Source: Octopus vulgaris
Taxonomy: Eukaryota
NCBI GenBank assembly: GCA_951406725.2
Contig: OX597840.1
Span: forward strand, 14,756,001-14,820,000
DNA: 64,000 nt
Direction of reading: 5' to 3'
The translations under genes and the position numbers were made by a program. Below the pieces are notes generated by a model that saw only the letters and a program-made list of their open reading frames with translations, was not told where the DNA came from and did no database searches. Below, piece by piece: positions 1 through 12,543 of this stretch. How positions within the stretch are numbered: position 1 is the first letter of the stretch; the number at the start of each line of letters is the position of its first letter.

Positions 1-67
1 TGGGACTGAACCCGGAACCATGTGGTTGGTAAGCAAGCTACTTACCACACAGCCACTCCTATGCCTA
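1..67 (-). mobile_element. SINE family A, tRNA-like 5' head (truncated by window edge)
   Basis: Reverse complement of taggc-aggagtggctgtgtggtaagtagcttgcttaccaaccacatggttccgggttcagtccca, shared by about 20 copies in the window. Confidence 0.85.
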
Positions 68-136
68 TATGGCTATAAAATTTATTTTGTAGCTCACCTC
101 AAGTGAACCTTTGGTCCAGGACAAAATATTGATATA

Positions 137-1140
137 CAGGGTGCGAGGGATATTTGAGGACTTTTTTGGTATACAATAAAACAACTATATTTCAGCCTGA
201 ATAAATATGTATTTGGTGAAACATTTGTGCAGTTAGTCTTGATAAGGGATTTTTAATCAAATTATTCTATGAAACTGCCTTCGGCTTCAATGCAAGACCA
301 AACTGCTGGCATACTGACACTATATGGTCCTCATTTATTTTGGACATCACTTGGACAATGGTGGCCTTCAGTGAAGCCATGGTATTATGAGGATGATGAT
401 TAGTCTCTCTTTCAACAGTGTTCCACACGTAGTAGTCCATGGGATTCCAATCTGGGGAGTTTGGAGGCCACATGTTGTGTGTAAAGATTGTCTGACAACC
501 ATTCTTGGGTGACTAGGACCTCATGGGAAGGTGCTGAGTTTATTGAAACATGTATGGCCTTCCATTGTATACTTCATCAATCCAGGGCTTGATAACAGTT
601 TCCAGTACCTCAATGTATCCAGCAGCATTAATTCTAAGACCCTGTGAAAAAAAGTGGGGAGGCATCACATGACCTTTGCAACTCACAACGCCTAAAACCA
701 TCACAGTTGCTGGAAATTTCGTGTGTATCACTCTGGGTACTTCAGAAGGATCTGCACATAAACACCTGTCATGTCATCTGTTAGACTTTTGATCCTGGTC
801 AAAGTTTTGTTTGTCAGAGAAAAACCAAAGCATGCCTTGTTCATGAGGGTTTTTCACTTTGATAAGAAACCGTTTTGAACAGATGAAACAGTTTTCTTTT
901 GTCTTTGCAGACACAAATTGGCTTTTCTCATTACATAAGACTTGTATGAAACGTCACGATGTACCACAGTTCTGGTAGTCCACTCTGACACCCAAAATTA
1001 TTTAGCAATGGACCTCATTGATCTTGTGGGACTTTCATCGATAATGTTTTGAGCATGTTGTATAAATTCCGGTGTCCTTTTAGTGTCTGAGCATTGTGAA
1101 TGTTTTTTTCTCTTTGATACAGGTGAAACATTGCCATCAC
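137..1140 (-). mobile_element. Decayed Tc1/mariner-superfamily DNA transposon, DD37D (maT-like) transposase pseudogene
   Basis: Minus-strand peptides MLWFFSDKQNFDQD, MVLGVVS..GHVMPPHFF..GLRINAAGYIEVLETVIKPWI..RPYMFQ*, (D)SAPSH and WPPNSPDWNPMDYYVW; stops and frameshifts; TA|CAGGGTG end at 135-143. Confidence 0.85.
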
Positions 1141-1159
1141 ATGCCTCCAATTCCAACTG

Positions 1160-1378
1160 GACTTTGTGCTCCAGTTGCTCCAGTCCACTCGGCTCACAAA
1201 AATGAGTTGTACCTGTATTTCAAAGGGTCAGCCTTGTCACATTCCATGTCATGCTGAATCTCCATGAGAACTACATTAAGAATACACATGTCTGTGGAAT
1301 ACTCAGCCACTTGCACATTAATTTCATGAGCTGGCTGTACCATTGATCAGATCAACTGGAACCCTCATTGTTGTACCA
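1160..1378 (+). mobile_element. SINE fragment: CORE-like body plus a tail shared with the SINE at 34511-34890
   Basis: ttgctccagtccactc..aaaaatgag followed by tttcaaagggtcagccttgtcaca...gagaactacattaag...ctcagccacttgcac...gatcaactggaaccctc, which matches 34718-34868. Confidence 0.7.
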
Positions 1379-1549
1379 TTATATATTTACTAGGTAAAAT
1401 GCTGTCTTGCAAAAAGTACCCTTGGGAGGAAACAACAGTAAATTAGTTTTGAATTCTTCCACAAAAGTTGCCTACCCTAGTGTTTGCCATGAACATCACC
1501 AGAGTTTCAGGGATCATCCATTGATCAGATGGTGCGAAGAAAGAAGAAA

Positions 1550-1772
1550 GGCAATAAGCTGGCAGAAACGTTAGCACAACGGGCGAAATGCTTAGCGATA
1601 TTTCGTCTGCGGTTACGTTCTGAGTTCAAATTCCGCCGAGGTCAACTTTGCCTTTCATTCTTTCGGGGTTGATAAATTAAGTACTAGTTATGCACTGGGA
1701 TCGATATAATTAACTTAATCTCTTTGTCTGTCCTCTCTCTGTTTAGCCCCTTGTGGGCAATAAAGAAATAAG
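1550..1772 (+). mobile_element. SINE family B (tRNA-derived)
   Basis: gctggcagaaacgttagca...gagttcaaattccgccgaggtcaactttgcctttca...gataaattaagta; flanked by gaagaa-rich direct repeats. Confidence 0.85.
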
Positions 1773-1784
1773 GAAGAAGAAAGA

Positions 1785-2065
1785 CATTAATCCCTATGCC
1801 TTCCCCCCAACTATTTTGTCGCTTGAAGGAGAAGTGCCCATAGCCTTCATAAGTTCTCTGAGAATTGCGATGTTGGTGTCATTAAAAGTCCATTTAAATT
1901 GTTGAAGGTCAACACATGTAGGAAGTAGGTTTCAGTGAGATGATGTTGTAAGGGGGAAGGACTGGCTATAATGATGAAAATAGATCCATGGAAGTTGGAC
2001 ACCTTCAAAGAGACAAGAGGAGCAAAATGAGTGAGTGAGGAGTATGTGTAGAGGAGGTACTTCCT
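1785..2065 (-). mobile_element. Probable 3' end of a decayed CR1/L2-like LINE
   Basis: Degenerate ORF-end-like peptide followed by 3'UTR-like sequence; weak similarity only. Confidence 0.35.
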
Positions 2066-2067
2066 TG

Positions 2068-2306
2068 AGTCAGTCATGCCGACTCATAAGGGCCAGTTTC
2101 TCATATTGCATGGCATATATTTTCTCCACCTGGATGGGACACCAATCTTTCGCAGGATTACTCACTATTGTCAGCTGAGTGGACTGGGCCAACGTGAAAT
2201 GAGGTGTTTTGCTTAATAATATGATGCCTCACCCTGTCCAGGAATCAAAACCACAACTTTATATTCATGATTCCAACTCCCTAACCACGAAGCCACACAC
2301 CTCCAC
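2068..2306 (-). mobile_element. SINE family E (tRNA head, CORE-like body, V-domain-like tail)
   Basis: Minus strand ggaggtgtgtggcttcgtggttagg...ttgattcc...agcaaaacacctcatttc..cccagtccactcagctg..gagtaatcctgcgaaagattggtgtcccatccagg; homologous to 50630-50880. Confidence 0.75.
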
Positions 2307-2369
2307 ATAGGAGGTGTGTTACATACAAAACTATGAGGAACAGAGGCCATTACAGTAGTGATCAAACAA

Positions 2370-2582
2370 GGCAGCAAGCTGGCAGAATCATTAGCATACT
2401 GGGCGAAATGCTTAGTGGTATTTCGTCTGACTTCAAGTCCTGAGTTTGAATGCTGCCAGGGTCGACTTTGCCTTTTATTCTTTCGGGGTCGATAAATTAA
2501 GTACCAGTTACCCACTGGGTTGATGTAATCAACTGGTCCCCTCCCCCAAAATTTCAGGCCTTGTGCCTATAGTAGAAAAGAC
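2370..2582 (+). mobile_element. SINE family B
   Basis: Matches the family B consensus; flanks tacagtagtgatcaa / tatagtagcaatcaa resemble a decayed TSD. Confidence 0.85.
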
Positions 2583-3261
2583 TATAGTAGCAATCAAGAA
2601 AAAAAAGAAAGAGGAGACAACAAACTTGTGGGCCAGAGGATGGTGGTGCTACTGTTGCTGATGATGATTGTTGGTGGTGATGGGGATACTAGAGATTTAG
2701 GCAATGGTGGTGGGGTGGGGGAGTGGTGTGTCACAACTGTTATGGCACCAGGGGTGTTGGTTCTGCCTCCATGTCTTTTGACACCATTTCTTCAGTGGAT
2801 GAAACATATACCAGTAATATCCCAAGGTCTGGGACTGAATAGTCGATACCCACCCCCCATTATCCCGTCCTTACTCCAGAATGTTGCAATGCCCACTGTT
2901 GTTGTTGTTATCGTTATTGTTGTTGCTGTTGCTGCCATTTGAATGCAAAAAAAGAAATGCCATCTGCATTGCTGCACCGAGTGTCTGCTGCATGTTGCAC
3001 TGGAATAGCGAGGAACTCGGTAACACATAAATGCATTCATGTAGATGAGTTTTATATTTGTATATGCGTGGGTGATCGTGTGTATGGAAGTGGGGGGGGG
3101 GAATGCGAGAGTGGTGAATATGTTTGCATGTATGTACGTGTATTTGTGTGTATGTGTGTGTATGTGCATACATATGTACATACATGCACATACATATATA
3201 TATATATAAAACTCTTTAACATGTTTCAGCTTTAAAGCTGTGTCCATGCTGAGCCACCACC

Positions 3262-3298
<37 letters not shown>

Positions 3299-3599
3299 CC
3301 TATACAAGCCAGGAAAAGTGGATGTTAAATAACAACGGTGAAATATAGACAAAAATGTCCGTTTCCTTGTTTGATTTTATGTTTTCATTTCTCGTTGTGT
3401 TCTATGTTTATTTGTGGTGTCCTGTACTCATATATGGGTGTATACATACATATAGATGTAGGTATGTACATATATGTATGTATGTATGCATATGTTTTAT
3501 TTATTAAATTGTTATTATATATATATATGCACTTATATTTACACATGCACACACACACACACACATTTAAATATAAATATACACATACATACACTGCAT

Positions 3600-3738
3600 A
3601 ACTGGTACTTATTTAACCGACCTCGAAAGGATGAAAAGCAACGTTGACCTCAGCGGAATTTGAACTCAGGACGTAACAGCAGACAAAATGCTAGGCATTT
3701 CACCCAGCGTGCTAACGATTCTCCCAACTTCCCACCCT
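3600..3738 (-). mobile_element. SINE family B (5' part)
   Basis: actggtacttattt..cgacc..aaggatgaaaagcaacgttgacctcagcggaatttgaactcag...gtgctaacgatt. Confidence 0.8.
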
Positions 3739-4061
3739 CACACTGTCTCATATATCTACATATACAGACATACAGATACATGCTTCTATGCAGTCATAGA
3801 TGCACCTGTATGCGACATTACATTTGCTGACACATACCAATGTACACACACTCTCATCTTTACAAACTCAAATGTAGAAACAGCCATGCAAACTTAAAAA
3901 AACACGAATGTATATGAGTCTACATGTGTGACTCTGTGTGTGTATGGATGTATATGTATATATTTACCTAAGTAAATCCAGTAGCATGTAAATCCTTATT
4001 ATTGATAACATCAGGTAGCCAAATACAGGGAACAGGCTTTGAATAATATACTACAAAGTGT

Positions 4062-4140
4062 ACAGTAATCCCTCGACTATCACAAGTGTTACGTTCCAAG
4101 ACTTCCCACGATAGGTGAAAATCCGCAAAGCAGAAACAGT
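4062..4140. mobile_element. One end of a pogo/Tigger-like MITE
   Basis: TA|CAGTAATCCCTCG terminal motif; partner end not found. Confidence 0.4.
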
Positions 4141-4144
4141 ACAT

Positions 4145-4652
4145 TTATCTTTTACTTGTTTCAGTCATTTGACTGTGGTCATGCTAGAGTACTGCCTTTA
4201 GTCAAGCAAATTAGCCCCAGGTGTTATTCTTTGGAAGGTGCAGGAGTGGCTGTGTGCATAGGGGCAGGAGTGGCTTTGTGGTATGTAGCTTGCTTGCCAA
4301 CTACATGGTTCCGGGTTCAGTCCCACTGCGTGGCACCTTGGGCAAGTGTCTTCTACTATAGCCTCGGGCCAACCAAAGCCTTGTGAGTGGATTTGGTAGA
4401 TGGAAACTGGAAGAAGCCCGTTGTATATATGCATAATTATATGTGTGTGTATGTCTGTGTCTGTACCCCCAACATCGCTTGACAACCGATGCTGATGTGT
4501 TTATGTCCCCGTAACTTAGCGGTTTGGCAAAAGAGACCGATAGAATAAATACTAGGTTTACAAAGAATAAGTCCTGGGGTCGATTTGTTTAACTAAAGGC
4601 AGTGCTCCAGCAAGGCCACAGTCAAATGACTGAAACAATTAAAAGAGTAAGA
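4145..4652 (+). mobile_element. SINE family A (+, from about 4237, with duplicated head) preceded by an inverted tail fragment
   Basis: 4145-4236 is the reverse-complement tail; the head ggtgcaggagtggctgtgtg occurs twice; full body runs to gaaacaattaaaagag. Confidence 0.85.
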
Positions 4653-4702
<50 letters not shown>

Positions 4703-4904
4703 GCTTCTTATATATACAATGGGCTTCTTTCATATATATTTAATTATTTTTATAATTTGTATATATTTATTTTATAATAAATGCAAAACAACACCACAAA
4801 GGAATCAAAAACCACAATAGGCGAACCTTGATATGGTGGGGATTATTGTATACCTGAATTGGAAATTATTACTTATGTATGTATGTATGCATGTGTGTAT
4901 GTGT

Positions 4905-5130
4905 ATCTTCTACTTGTTTCAGTCATTAGACTGTGGCCATGCTGCGGCACCACCTTGAAGAAGTTTAGTGGAATGAATTGATCCCGGTACTTTTCATTTT
5001 TTAAAATATTTTTTAAGCGTGGTACTTATTCTATCAGTCTCTTTTGCTGAACTGCTATGTTACAGGGACATAAACACACCAACACCAGTTGTCAAGCAGT
5101 GGTGGGGGACAAATACAGTCCCACAAATGC
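4905..5130 (-). mobile_element. SINE family A, 3' half (diverged)
   Basis: tacttgtttcagtcattagactgtggccatgctg...ggtacttattctatcagtctcttttgctgaac. Confidence 0.8.
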
Positions 5131-5602
5131 ATGCACACACACACACATATATATATAGAGAATTAAGGGTCAGAACCTCCATAAAGTAATTCAATTAATA
5201 CTGAAAGATATTATCTATACTATAATATAAATTTAAATATATCATTATTAACATTGTATTTAAAATTTCTATACTAAAATTAATAATACACATTAAAAAA
5301 ATGCACATTAAAACGATGTGCGTTTTGTGACTATGTATACAAATCTACAGTATCAAAATCCATACTCTCAAAAGTTAATATTTCTTTGATCCAACGATAC
5401 ATAGCCACATATATATATATATATACACAGACATATAAATGCATATACATGCTTATATATATTCATACACATACACACACATGCGTGCACACGTGCGTGC
5501 ACACACAATTGCACACACACAGAGGTTCATCATACATTATACACTATAGCCATTTTCTTACTTTACACTGCTATTTTTTGCCAGTCAATCAATAGTGTAG
5601 AA

Positions 5603-5789
5603 CAGGGGTCTCCAAAGTGGCCGATATCGACCCTTGGAGGTTGATGGGACTATTCAAGGTGTTGATAAATGCACGTCTTCTTAATTATTATCATTATTTA
5701 TTTTCTTGTACATGCCTGGGGTGGGGAGTTGATGAAGGTCCAAGGATTCCATAAAGGGGTCGATAGTCTAAAAACTTTGGGGACCCCTG
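5603..5789. mobile_element. hAT (Charlie/Buster-like) MITE
   Basis: TIRs caggggtctccaaag / ctttggggacccctg; 8-bp TSD gtgtagaa / gtgtagag. Confidence 0.85.
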
Positions 5790-5929
5790 GTGTAGAGGCT
5801 TCCATGTTTGTTCTTAATTACAGGTAGTTATTGAATTACTGTATAGCAAGGATAGAGAAGAGAGAGAGAAACCCTACTTTCCCCTGCTAGGTTTGGACCA
5901 AGAATGAGGAATAGACATCTAAGAAGTAA

Positions 5930-6325
5930 AGGAGTGGCTGTGTGGTAAGTAGCTTGCTTAACAACCACATGGTTTCAGGTTCAGTCCCACAGCATGGCAC
6001 TTTGGGCAAGTGCCTTCTACTATAGCCTCGGGCCAACCAAAGCCTTGTGAGTGGATTTGGTAGACGGAAACTGAAAGAAGCCCGTTGTATATCTGTATAT
6101 ATATACATGTGTGTGAGTATGTTTGTGTGTCTGTGTTTGTCGCCACAACATTGCTTGAAACCAATGCTGGTGTGTTTATGTCCCCGTAACTTAGCGGTTC
6201 AGCAAAAGAGACCAATAGAATAAGTACTAGGTTTACAAAGAATAAGTCTTGGGCTCGATTTGCTTGACTAATGGTGGTACTTCAGCATGGCCACAGTCAA
6301 ATGACTGAAACAAGTAAAAGAGTAA
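5930..6325 (+). mobile_element. SINE family A, full length
   Basis: Head, CORE-like ttgggcaagtg, internal (TA/TG)n and tail gactgaaacaagtaaaagag. Confidence 0.9.
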
Positions 6326-6354
6326 CAAGACAGAGAAACTTGCATCACTTACAA

Positions 6355-7035
6355 CAGTGTTTCTCAACCAGAGTTCCCTGAATCCCTTGGGTTCCACAAA
6401 AGGATCCTAGGGGTTCCGTGAGAAAGAGTGAGATAAACTAATGCTAATTTCATGATGGTAATATTACTACACACGCACAACATATTGTTTGTTATTGTAA
6501 TATTGTAATATAGACATCATCCTATCTAACCTATTATGTTATCAAAAAAATATAATGGCAACGTATTAAAAAGAATTAGCAACAGAGGGCCACAAATCAT
6601 CAGAAATCTAGCAATAGATGATAGAGCCAAACCATATGTCCATCAAAAACCCCGGATTATGCTTAAGGGCCATAAACCTAACTTTCGTATTAACACCTCA
6701 ATTAGATTGATTGGTCCTTCTAAATCTGATATTGGCATTATTAGTAAAAAAAATCGTTGATAGGGTAATACCCGTCCTTAAGTCTAAAATTAGATTAGTC
6801 CTCTGGTCCGATACCCAAGAGGTGGTTGGGTGGTTTAAGCTTCTAGAAATTAATAAGGATATTAAATTCTGGCAACTAGATATAGAGAGCTATTATGCCA
6901 CTGTTAACCCAATCGTGAACTATGATGTAAAAATATGAGAAAGATATGGTATATAATTTCTTTTGTGCAGGGGTTCCTTGAAACATGTACTTTATTTTAA
7001 GGGTTACGCAAAGGTAAACAGGTTGAGAAACACTG
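6355..7035. mobile_element. hAT MITE containing a Penelope-like RT fragment
   Basis: Perfect 15-bp TIRs cagtgtttctcaacc / ggttgagaaacactg; 8-bp TSD acttacaa / gcttacaa; subterminal ggggttcc motifs. Confidence 0.85.
6530..6910 (+). pseudogene. Penelope-like element reverse transcriptase fragment (frameshifted)
   Basis: LKGHKPNF....IRLIGPSKSDIGIISKK then IVDRV...WSDTQEVVGWF......FWQLDIESYY resemble PLE RT motifs 1-3. Confidence 0.75.
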
Positions 7036-7094
7036 GCTTACAAGTACGGTTGTTAGCAAAACTTTGTAAACATATCACACCCTGACTTTTCTTA

Positions 7095-7470
7095 TCTCCT
7101 TCATGTTCCAGTCGTTAGACTGTGGCCATGCTGGGGCACTGCCTTGAAGATGTTTTAGTCAAATTAATCCACCCCAGTACTTACTTTTTTCTTTTTTAAG
7201 CCAGGAATTTATTTTGTCGGTCTCTTCTGCCAAACTGCGATGTTACAGAGACGTAAACATATCGAGTGTCCAGCTGTAATGGGAGATGGGGACAAAGATA
7301 CACACACATATGCAGATGACAGGCTTCTTTAAGTTACCATCTAGCATATCCACTCTCGAGGTTTTGGTCAAGTTGAGGCTATAGTATAAGACTCATGCCC
7401 GAGGTGCCACACAGCATGACTGAACTCGGAACCATATGGTTGGGAAGCAAGCTTCATACCACACAGCCAC
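7095..7470 (-). mobile_element. SINE family A (older, diverged)
   Basis: Reverse-complement match from tail to head (accacacagccac). Confidence 0.8.
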
Positions 7471-7849
7471 GAACCAAATAAATAAACATTTTGTTGTTCC
7501 TACATCACGGTTCATACTTTGTGTTTTACTTTCTGTCACAGTCCACCAAGACTCCATTTCAATTTTTGTCTAAACTTTGTAAACCTACCACACTCACCTG
7601 AAATGATGAATGGCTAGGTGGAGCAAGAGTAGAATAACCAAGTGAATATTAAATCAATGTATTTTATATTGGTCATCATAGTTTCCTATGTACATCACTG
7701 TCCAAACTTTCCTGACTCTTGATCACAAATCACATAAATAATCTAGCAGAGAACCACAGATCTATTTATGTTTACTGCAAACCATAAAAATTATTAGCAC
7801 AAAAGTCTTCACAACTCAGTAACCTCCATATTTTGGAGAATGATTTATA

Positions 7850-8063
7850 TAGGCACAAGCATAGCTGTGTGGTAAGAAGCTTGCTTACCAACCACATGGT
7901 CCCAGGTTCAGTCCCACTGCATGACAACTTTGGCAAGTGTCTTCTACTATAGCCTCGGGGTGACCAAAATCATGTGAGTGAATTTGATAGACAGAAACTG
8001 AAAGAAGCTTGTTGTATGTATATATATCATCATCATCATCATTTAACGTCCGATATATATATA

Positions 8064-8094
<31 letters not shown>

Positions 8095-8619
8095 GAAGAA
8101 GAAATGAGGTAATCAGAACATCGGATGGTTCATATTTATAGATATTTATTTATATATTACATTTTTTACATATATATATCATATCATTCAGATCATATCA
8201 TTCAGATCATATCATTCAGATTATTAGTGCTTTCTCCCATTCTAGTGGGGTTTTCAAATCAAATTAATTCCTTTGTGGGGAATTTAATCATTTTATAGAG
8301 TTTCGTAGTTGTGGGGAGGAATAAGACAGTACAAGAGGGTGAAGTTGATGAGGAGGAAGTGAGAGAGAGAACATGTGTGTATGTGTATGTGTGTGTGTGT
8401 TTGTATCTGAGGCTAAAGAGAAAGAGGGGAAGGGAGAGGGAAGAAGAAGAAGGATTTCCTTTGGTCTGCTGGACACCCAAGGGAGTTCTAAGAATTTTAG
8501 CCATTTGTCTATTTTGGTGTCACTGAGTGTGTGTTGGTGGGTAGGCAGGCCATAAATTACACCTTTTATGATTTTGAGGATGGTCAAATACCATTTTGAA
8601 GATGGTCAAATACCATTTT

Positions 8620-8672
<53 letters not shown>

Positions 8673-8935
8673 TTATTTATATATTTATATATACATATAT
8701 GTATGTGTGTGTATATATGTATATGTGAGTCTCTGTTCGTCCCCCCAGAATCACTTGACAACCAATGCTGGTGTGTTTACGTCCCTGTAACTTAGCAGTT
8801 TGGCAAAAGAGACCGAAAGAATAAGTACGTACTAGGCTTACAAATAATAAGTCCTCGTGTTGATTTGTTAGACTAAAGGCGGTGCTCCAGCATGACCACA
8901 GTCAAATGACTGAAACAAATAAAAGAATAAAAGAA
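7850..8935 (+). mobile_element. SINE family A split in two (7850-8020 and 8720-8935) by about 700 bp inserted in its internal microsatellite
   Basis: 5' half ends gaaagaagcttgttgtat; 3' half resumes gttcgtccccccagaatcacttgacaacc. Confidence 0.7.
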
Positions 8936-9104
8936 TATGTAAGTGTGTGTGTAGACATCATGTGGCTGAATGTTTAAGATCACTTTGCAAACACTGGCTT
9001 GAGTCCTGGGTTTGACCCCCACTGTGAACATTAAGGTGATGATGATTACCTCTGCGTGTGCATGTATCTTTCTGTTTCTCCCTCTCTCTTTCTCTCTGTA
9101 TATA

Positions 9105-9503
9105 CTTTCTCTTGTTTCTTTCATTTGACTGCGTCTATGCTGGAGCACTGCCTCTAGTCGAACAAATCGAACCCAGGAGTAATTCTTTGTAAGCCTAGTA
9201 CTTACTCTATTGATCTCTTTTGCCGAACTGCTAGGTTACAGGGATGCAGACACACCAACACCTGTTGTCAAGTGATGGTGGGGAGACAAACAGACACACA
9301 AATACACGCACACATACATACATATATATATATATATACATATGACAGTCTCCTTTCAGTTTCCGTCTACCAAATCCACTCACAAGGCTTTGGTTGGCCC
9401 AAGGCTATAGTAGAAGACACTTGTTCAAGGTGCCACACAGTGGGACTGAACCCAGATCCATGTGGTTGGGAAGCAAGCTTCTTGCAACACAGCCATTCCC
9501 ATG

Positions 9504-9508
<5 letters not shown>
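9105..9508 (-). mobile_element. SINE family A
   Basis: Full reverse-complement match. Confidence 0.9.
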
Positions 9509-9538
<30 letters not shown>

Positions 9539-9547
9539 TTATACATA

Positions 9548-9762
9548 TCCTTTCTACTATAGGCACAAGGCCTGAAATTTGGGGGGGGGGAGGGGGCCAG
9601 TCGATTAGATCAACCCCAGTACACAACTGGTTTTTAATTTATTGAGGCAGAAAGGATGAAAGGCAAAGTCAACCTCTTTGGAATTTGAACTGAGAGCATA
9701 ATGATGGACGAAATACCACTAAGAATTACCCTGGTGTGCTAAAGATTCTACCAGCTCACCTT
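9548..9762 (-). mobile_element. SINE family B
   Basis: ctttctactataggcacaaggcctgaaattt...aaggatgaaaggcaaagtcaacc...ttctaccagctcacc. Confidence 0.85.
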
Positions 9763-10025
9763 AAATATACGTATGTGTGTGTGTGTATATGTATATATAT
9801 GTGTGTGTGTGTATGCATATAGATTTTTTCAATGAATACGAATAACAAAGAAGAAATATATAAATAGTTATCAGGGTACTAAACATTCACATAAGTGCCA
9901 AAGATATTATAGCGTACTTATAAACATAGAAATTCGAGGGTTAAGCGAAATGTTTTTGTATGACATGATTTGAACAACACCTGTGTGTGACACCATTTCT
10001 TAATTGATATATATGTATGAGTGTA

Positions 10026-10097
<72 letters not shown>

Positions 10098-10269
10098 TAC
10101 ATACATACATGTGCACAGATATATACATTGCAAGATACCTGTGCCTATTCCTCTGTCATATTTCCCCCTCTCAGTACTTGGTATCATGCCAGTTTCCTCC
10201 CTCTACTACAACTCCATTCAGTGAAGGGTTTTTTGATTTTGTTCTTTTACCTTTGTCTTTCAAGTTACC

Positions 10270-10472
10270 TGATGACCTCACGTGTACTGATGGCATGGAA
10301 AATGTACCCAGTGCACTCAGAAAGCTGGATTATACTAAGAAGGGTATCCAGCTATAGAAGCCATGCCAAAGCAGACATTAGGAGCTCAATGCGGGCCTCT
10401 GGCTTGCTGGATCCTGTCAAACCACCAAACTAGTAACAGCATAGAAGACAGACATTAAATGATGATGATGAA
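10270..10472 (+). mobile_element. SINE family D (aagggcatccagc motif, (GAT)n tail)
   Basis: aagaagggtatccagctatagaa...gacattaaatgatgatgatg. Confidence 0.6.
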
Positions 10473-10581
10473 GACAGGCAGACAGGCAGACAGCTTGATG
10501 GACAGTTATGAAAATAGGGGAAACAGATTTAGTTATTTTTATGTCAGCCTAATTGCTGTACTGCAGCTATTGGATGTCAAA

Positions 10582-10752
10582 CAATAACACAGAGTACCTT
10601 GTCCCCTTACAAAAACTCAAGAGTACCCTTGTTCACTTTACAATAATACAGGGTACCATTGTCCTCTTACAATAACTGAAGGTACCACTGCAAACTTACA
10701 ATAACACAAGGCTACCAATATCCATTCAGAGCACCCTGGTTTGCTTACAATA
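10582..10752. repeat. Degenerate minisatellite, about 29-30 bp unit, 5-6 copies
   Basis: Units like caataacacagagtaccttgtccccttac and caataatacagggtaccattgtcctcttac. Confidence 0.8.
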
Positions 10753-10934
10753 GTCTCTATCAAACTTTAATTTGGCTTTACTTTGTTTTACAAACCTTTT
10801 AGCGACAATCAATTCCATAACAAAACACTTATTTGTCCATTTCAGCAGGTTGTTCTGATTATTTTTGGGTTAATCAATTTTGGCTGAAAATATGTGTGTA
10901 GGTATACACATATATTGATATACATTCGTCTCAG

Positions 10935-11172
10935 TGTATATATATATATACACACATACACACACATACCTATATATATATATGTATGTATATGTATATA
11001 TATATATAATAGTAAATGTTTTTATATATAATGAACGTGAAATACAGGAAGGGACGAACACGGAACACAGACAAATCATTCGAAGCCTTCAATCTTCAGT
11101 CAGACACCGAATCATCATAGCAAATTTCGGCATATATATATACATACATATATGTGTATATATACATATATA

Positions 11173-11208
<36 letters not shown>

Positions 11209-11309
11209 CATATATATATCTATATATATATACATGACATATCTATCAAAATATATACATATATATACACACACACATATATATGTATATACATTTATGA
11301 TATATATAA

Positions 11310-11363
<54 letters not shown>

Positions 11364-11450
11364 GTATATATAAACACAAACACACACATCATTTTACTGT
11401 TCACTTTCCTCCATGCAAACACACACACACACACACACTCACACGTATGT
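10935..11450. repeat. Compound (TA)n/(CA)n microsatellite region with an embedded repeat fragment
   Basis: Directly visible. Confidence 0.9.
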
Positions 11451-11782
11451 ATGCATGTGTGAATCTGCCAATCTACTTCCCTCCAACCTATATATACCTG
11501 CTGCTATTTTCGGATTTCCCCTCAATCACCAATGTCATCTCATCTGTTGCCTGACCAATGTTGTTCTGAAAACTTTCAAAAGTGATCACTTGTTCTGCTT
11601 GCACTTACAACAGACTTAACCCTCCCCCCACCTCATCTGTAACAAATGATTTATCTTTCTCTCCCTACCTTTCTACATCAACATGTACAGGTGTCTCTTT
11701 TATTTCCTTGCTTCTCTCTGTCTCCCTCTCCCTCTCTCCCTCTCTCCCTCTCTCCTTAGATTTGAACTTCAAAATAGATTCC

Positions 11783-11814
<32 letters not shown>

Positions 11815-11821
11815 ATATACC

Positions 11822-12036
11822 CTCTTTACTCTTTACTCTTTTACTTGTTTCAGTCATTTGACTGTGGCCATGCTGGAGCACCGCCTTTAGTAGAGCAAAT
11901 CAACCCCAGGACTTATTCTTTGGAAGCCTAGTACTTATTCTGTCGGTCTCTTTTGCTGAACAGCTAAGTTACGGGGACGTAAACACACCAGCATCGGTTG
12001 TCAAGCGATGTTGAGGGGACAAACACGGACACATAA

Positions 12037-12083
<47 letters not shown>

Positions 12084-12210
12084 CATATATATATGATGGG
12101 CTATAGTAGAAGACACTTGACTTGCCCAAGCTGCCACGCAGTGGGAATGAACCTGGAACCATGTGGTTGGTAAGAAAGCTACTTACCACACAGCCACTAC
12201 TGCGCCTATA
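11822..12210 (-). mobile_element. SINE family A (internal deletion)
   Basis: Reverse match; about 45 bp missing between gatgggct and atagtagaagac. Confidence 0.85.
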
Positions 12211-12543
12211 TATATATATTATATATATATATTATATATATATATATATTTACTAATATTTTCCTGTTTCCATCACCTTACCTATATATATATATATATA
12301 TACTATATATAAAAAATTTTATAATTATAAACATAAGATATGGTAATAGGACAGTATTTAACTGCTATTTCTAAATTTTGGTATATGGTGAAGCAATATT
12401 GTTATACCCTAATTATAATTATGTTTATGATTATAAAATTTTTGTGTAAGTTTACTGATAATGGTTCTTTTAACGTACCGAGCTACTTGGTAAAATTATT
12501 AATTATAAATTGTTTAATTAACTTTACCCTTTATTATTACATA

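Noticed and set aside
8562-8610. 22-bp tandem duplication (ttttgaagatggtcaaatacca) resembling a hammerhead 5' half
   Set aside because: No GAAA or stem III follows; treated as a simple local duplication
10582-10752. Possible CRISPR array
   Set aside because: Contiguous degenerate units without unique spacers; eukaryotic context and no cas genes
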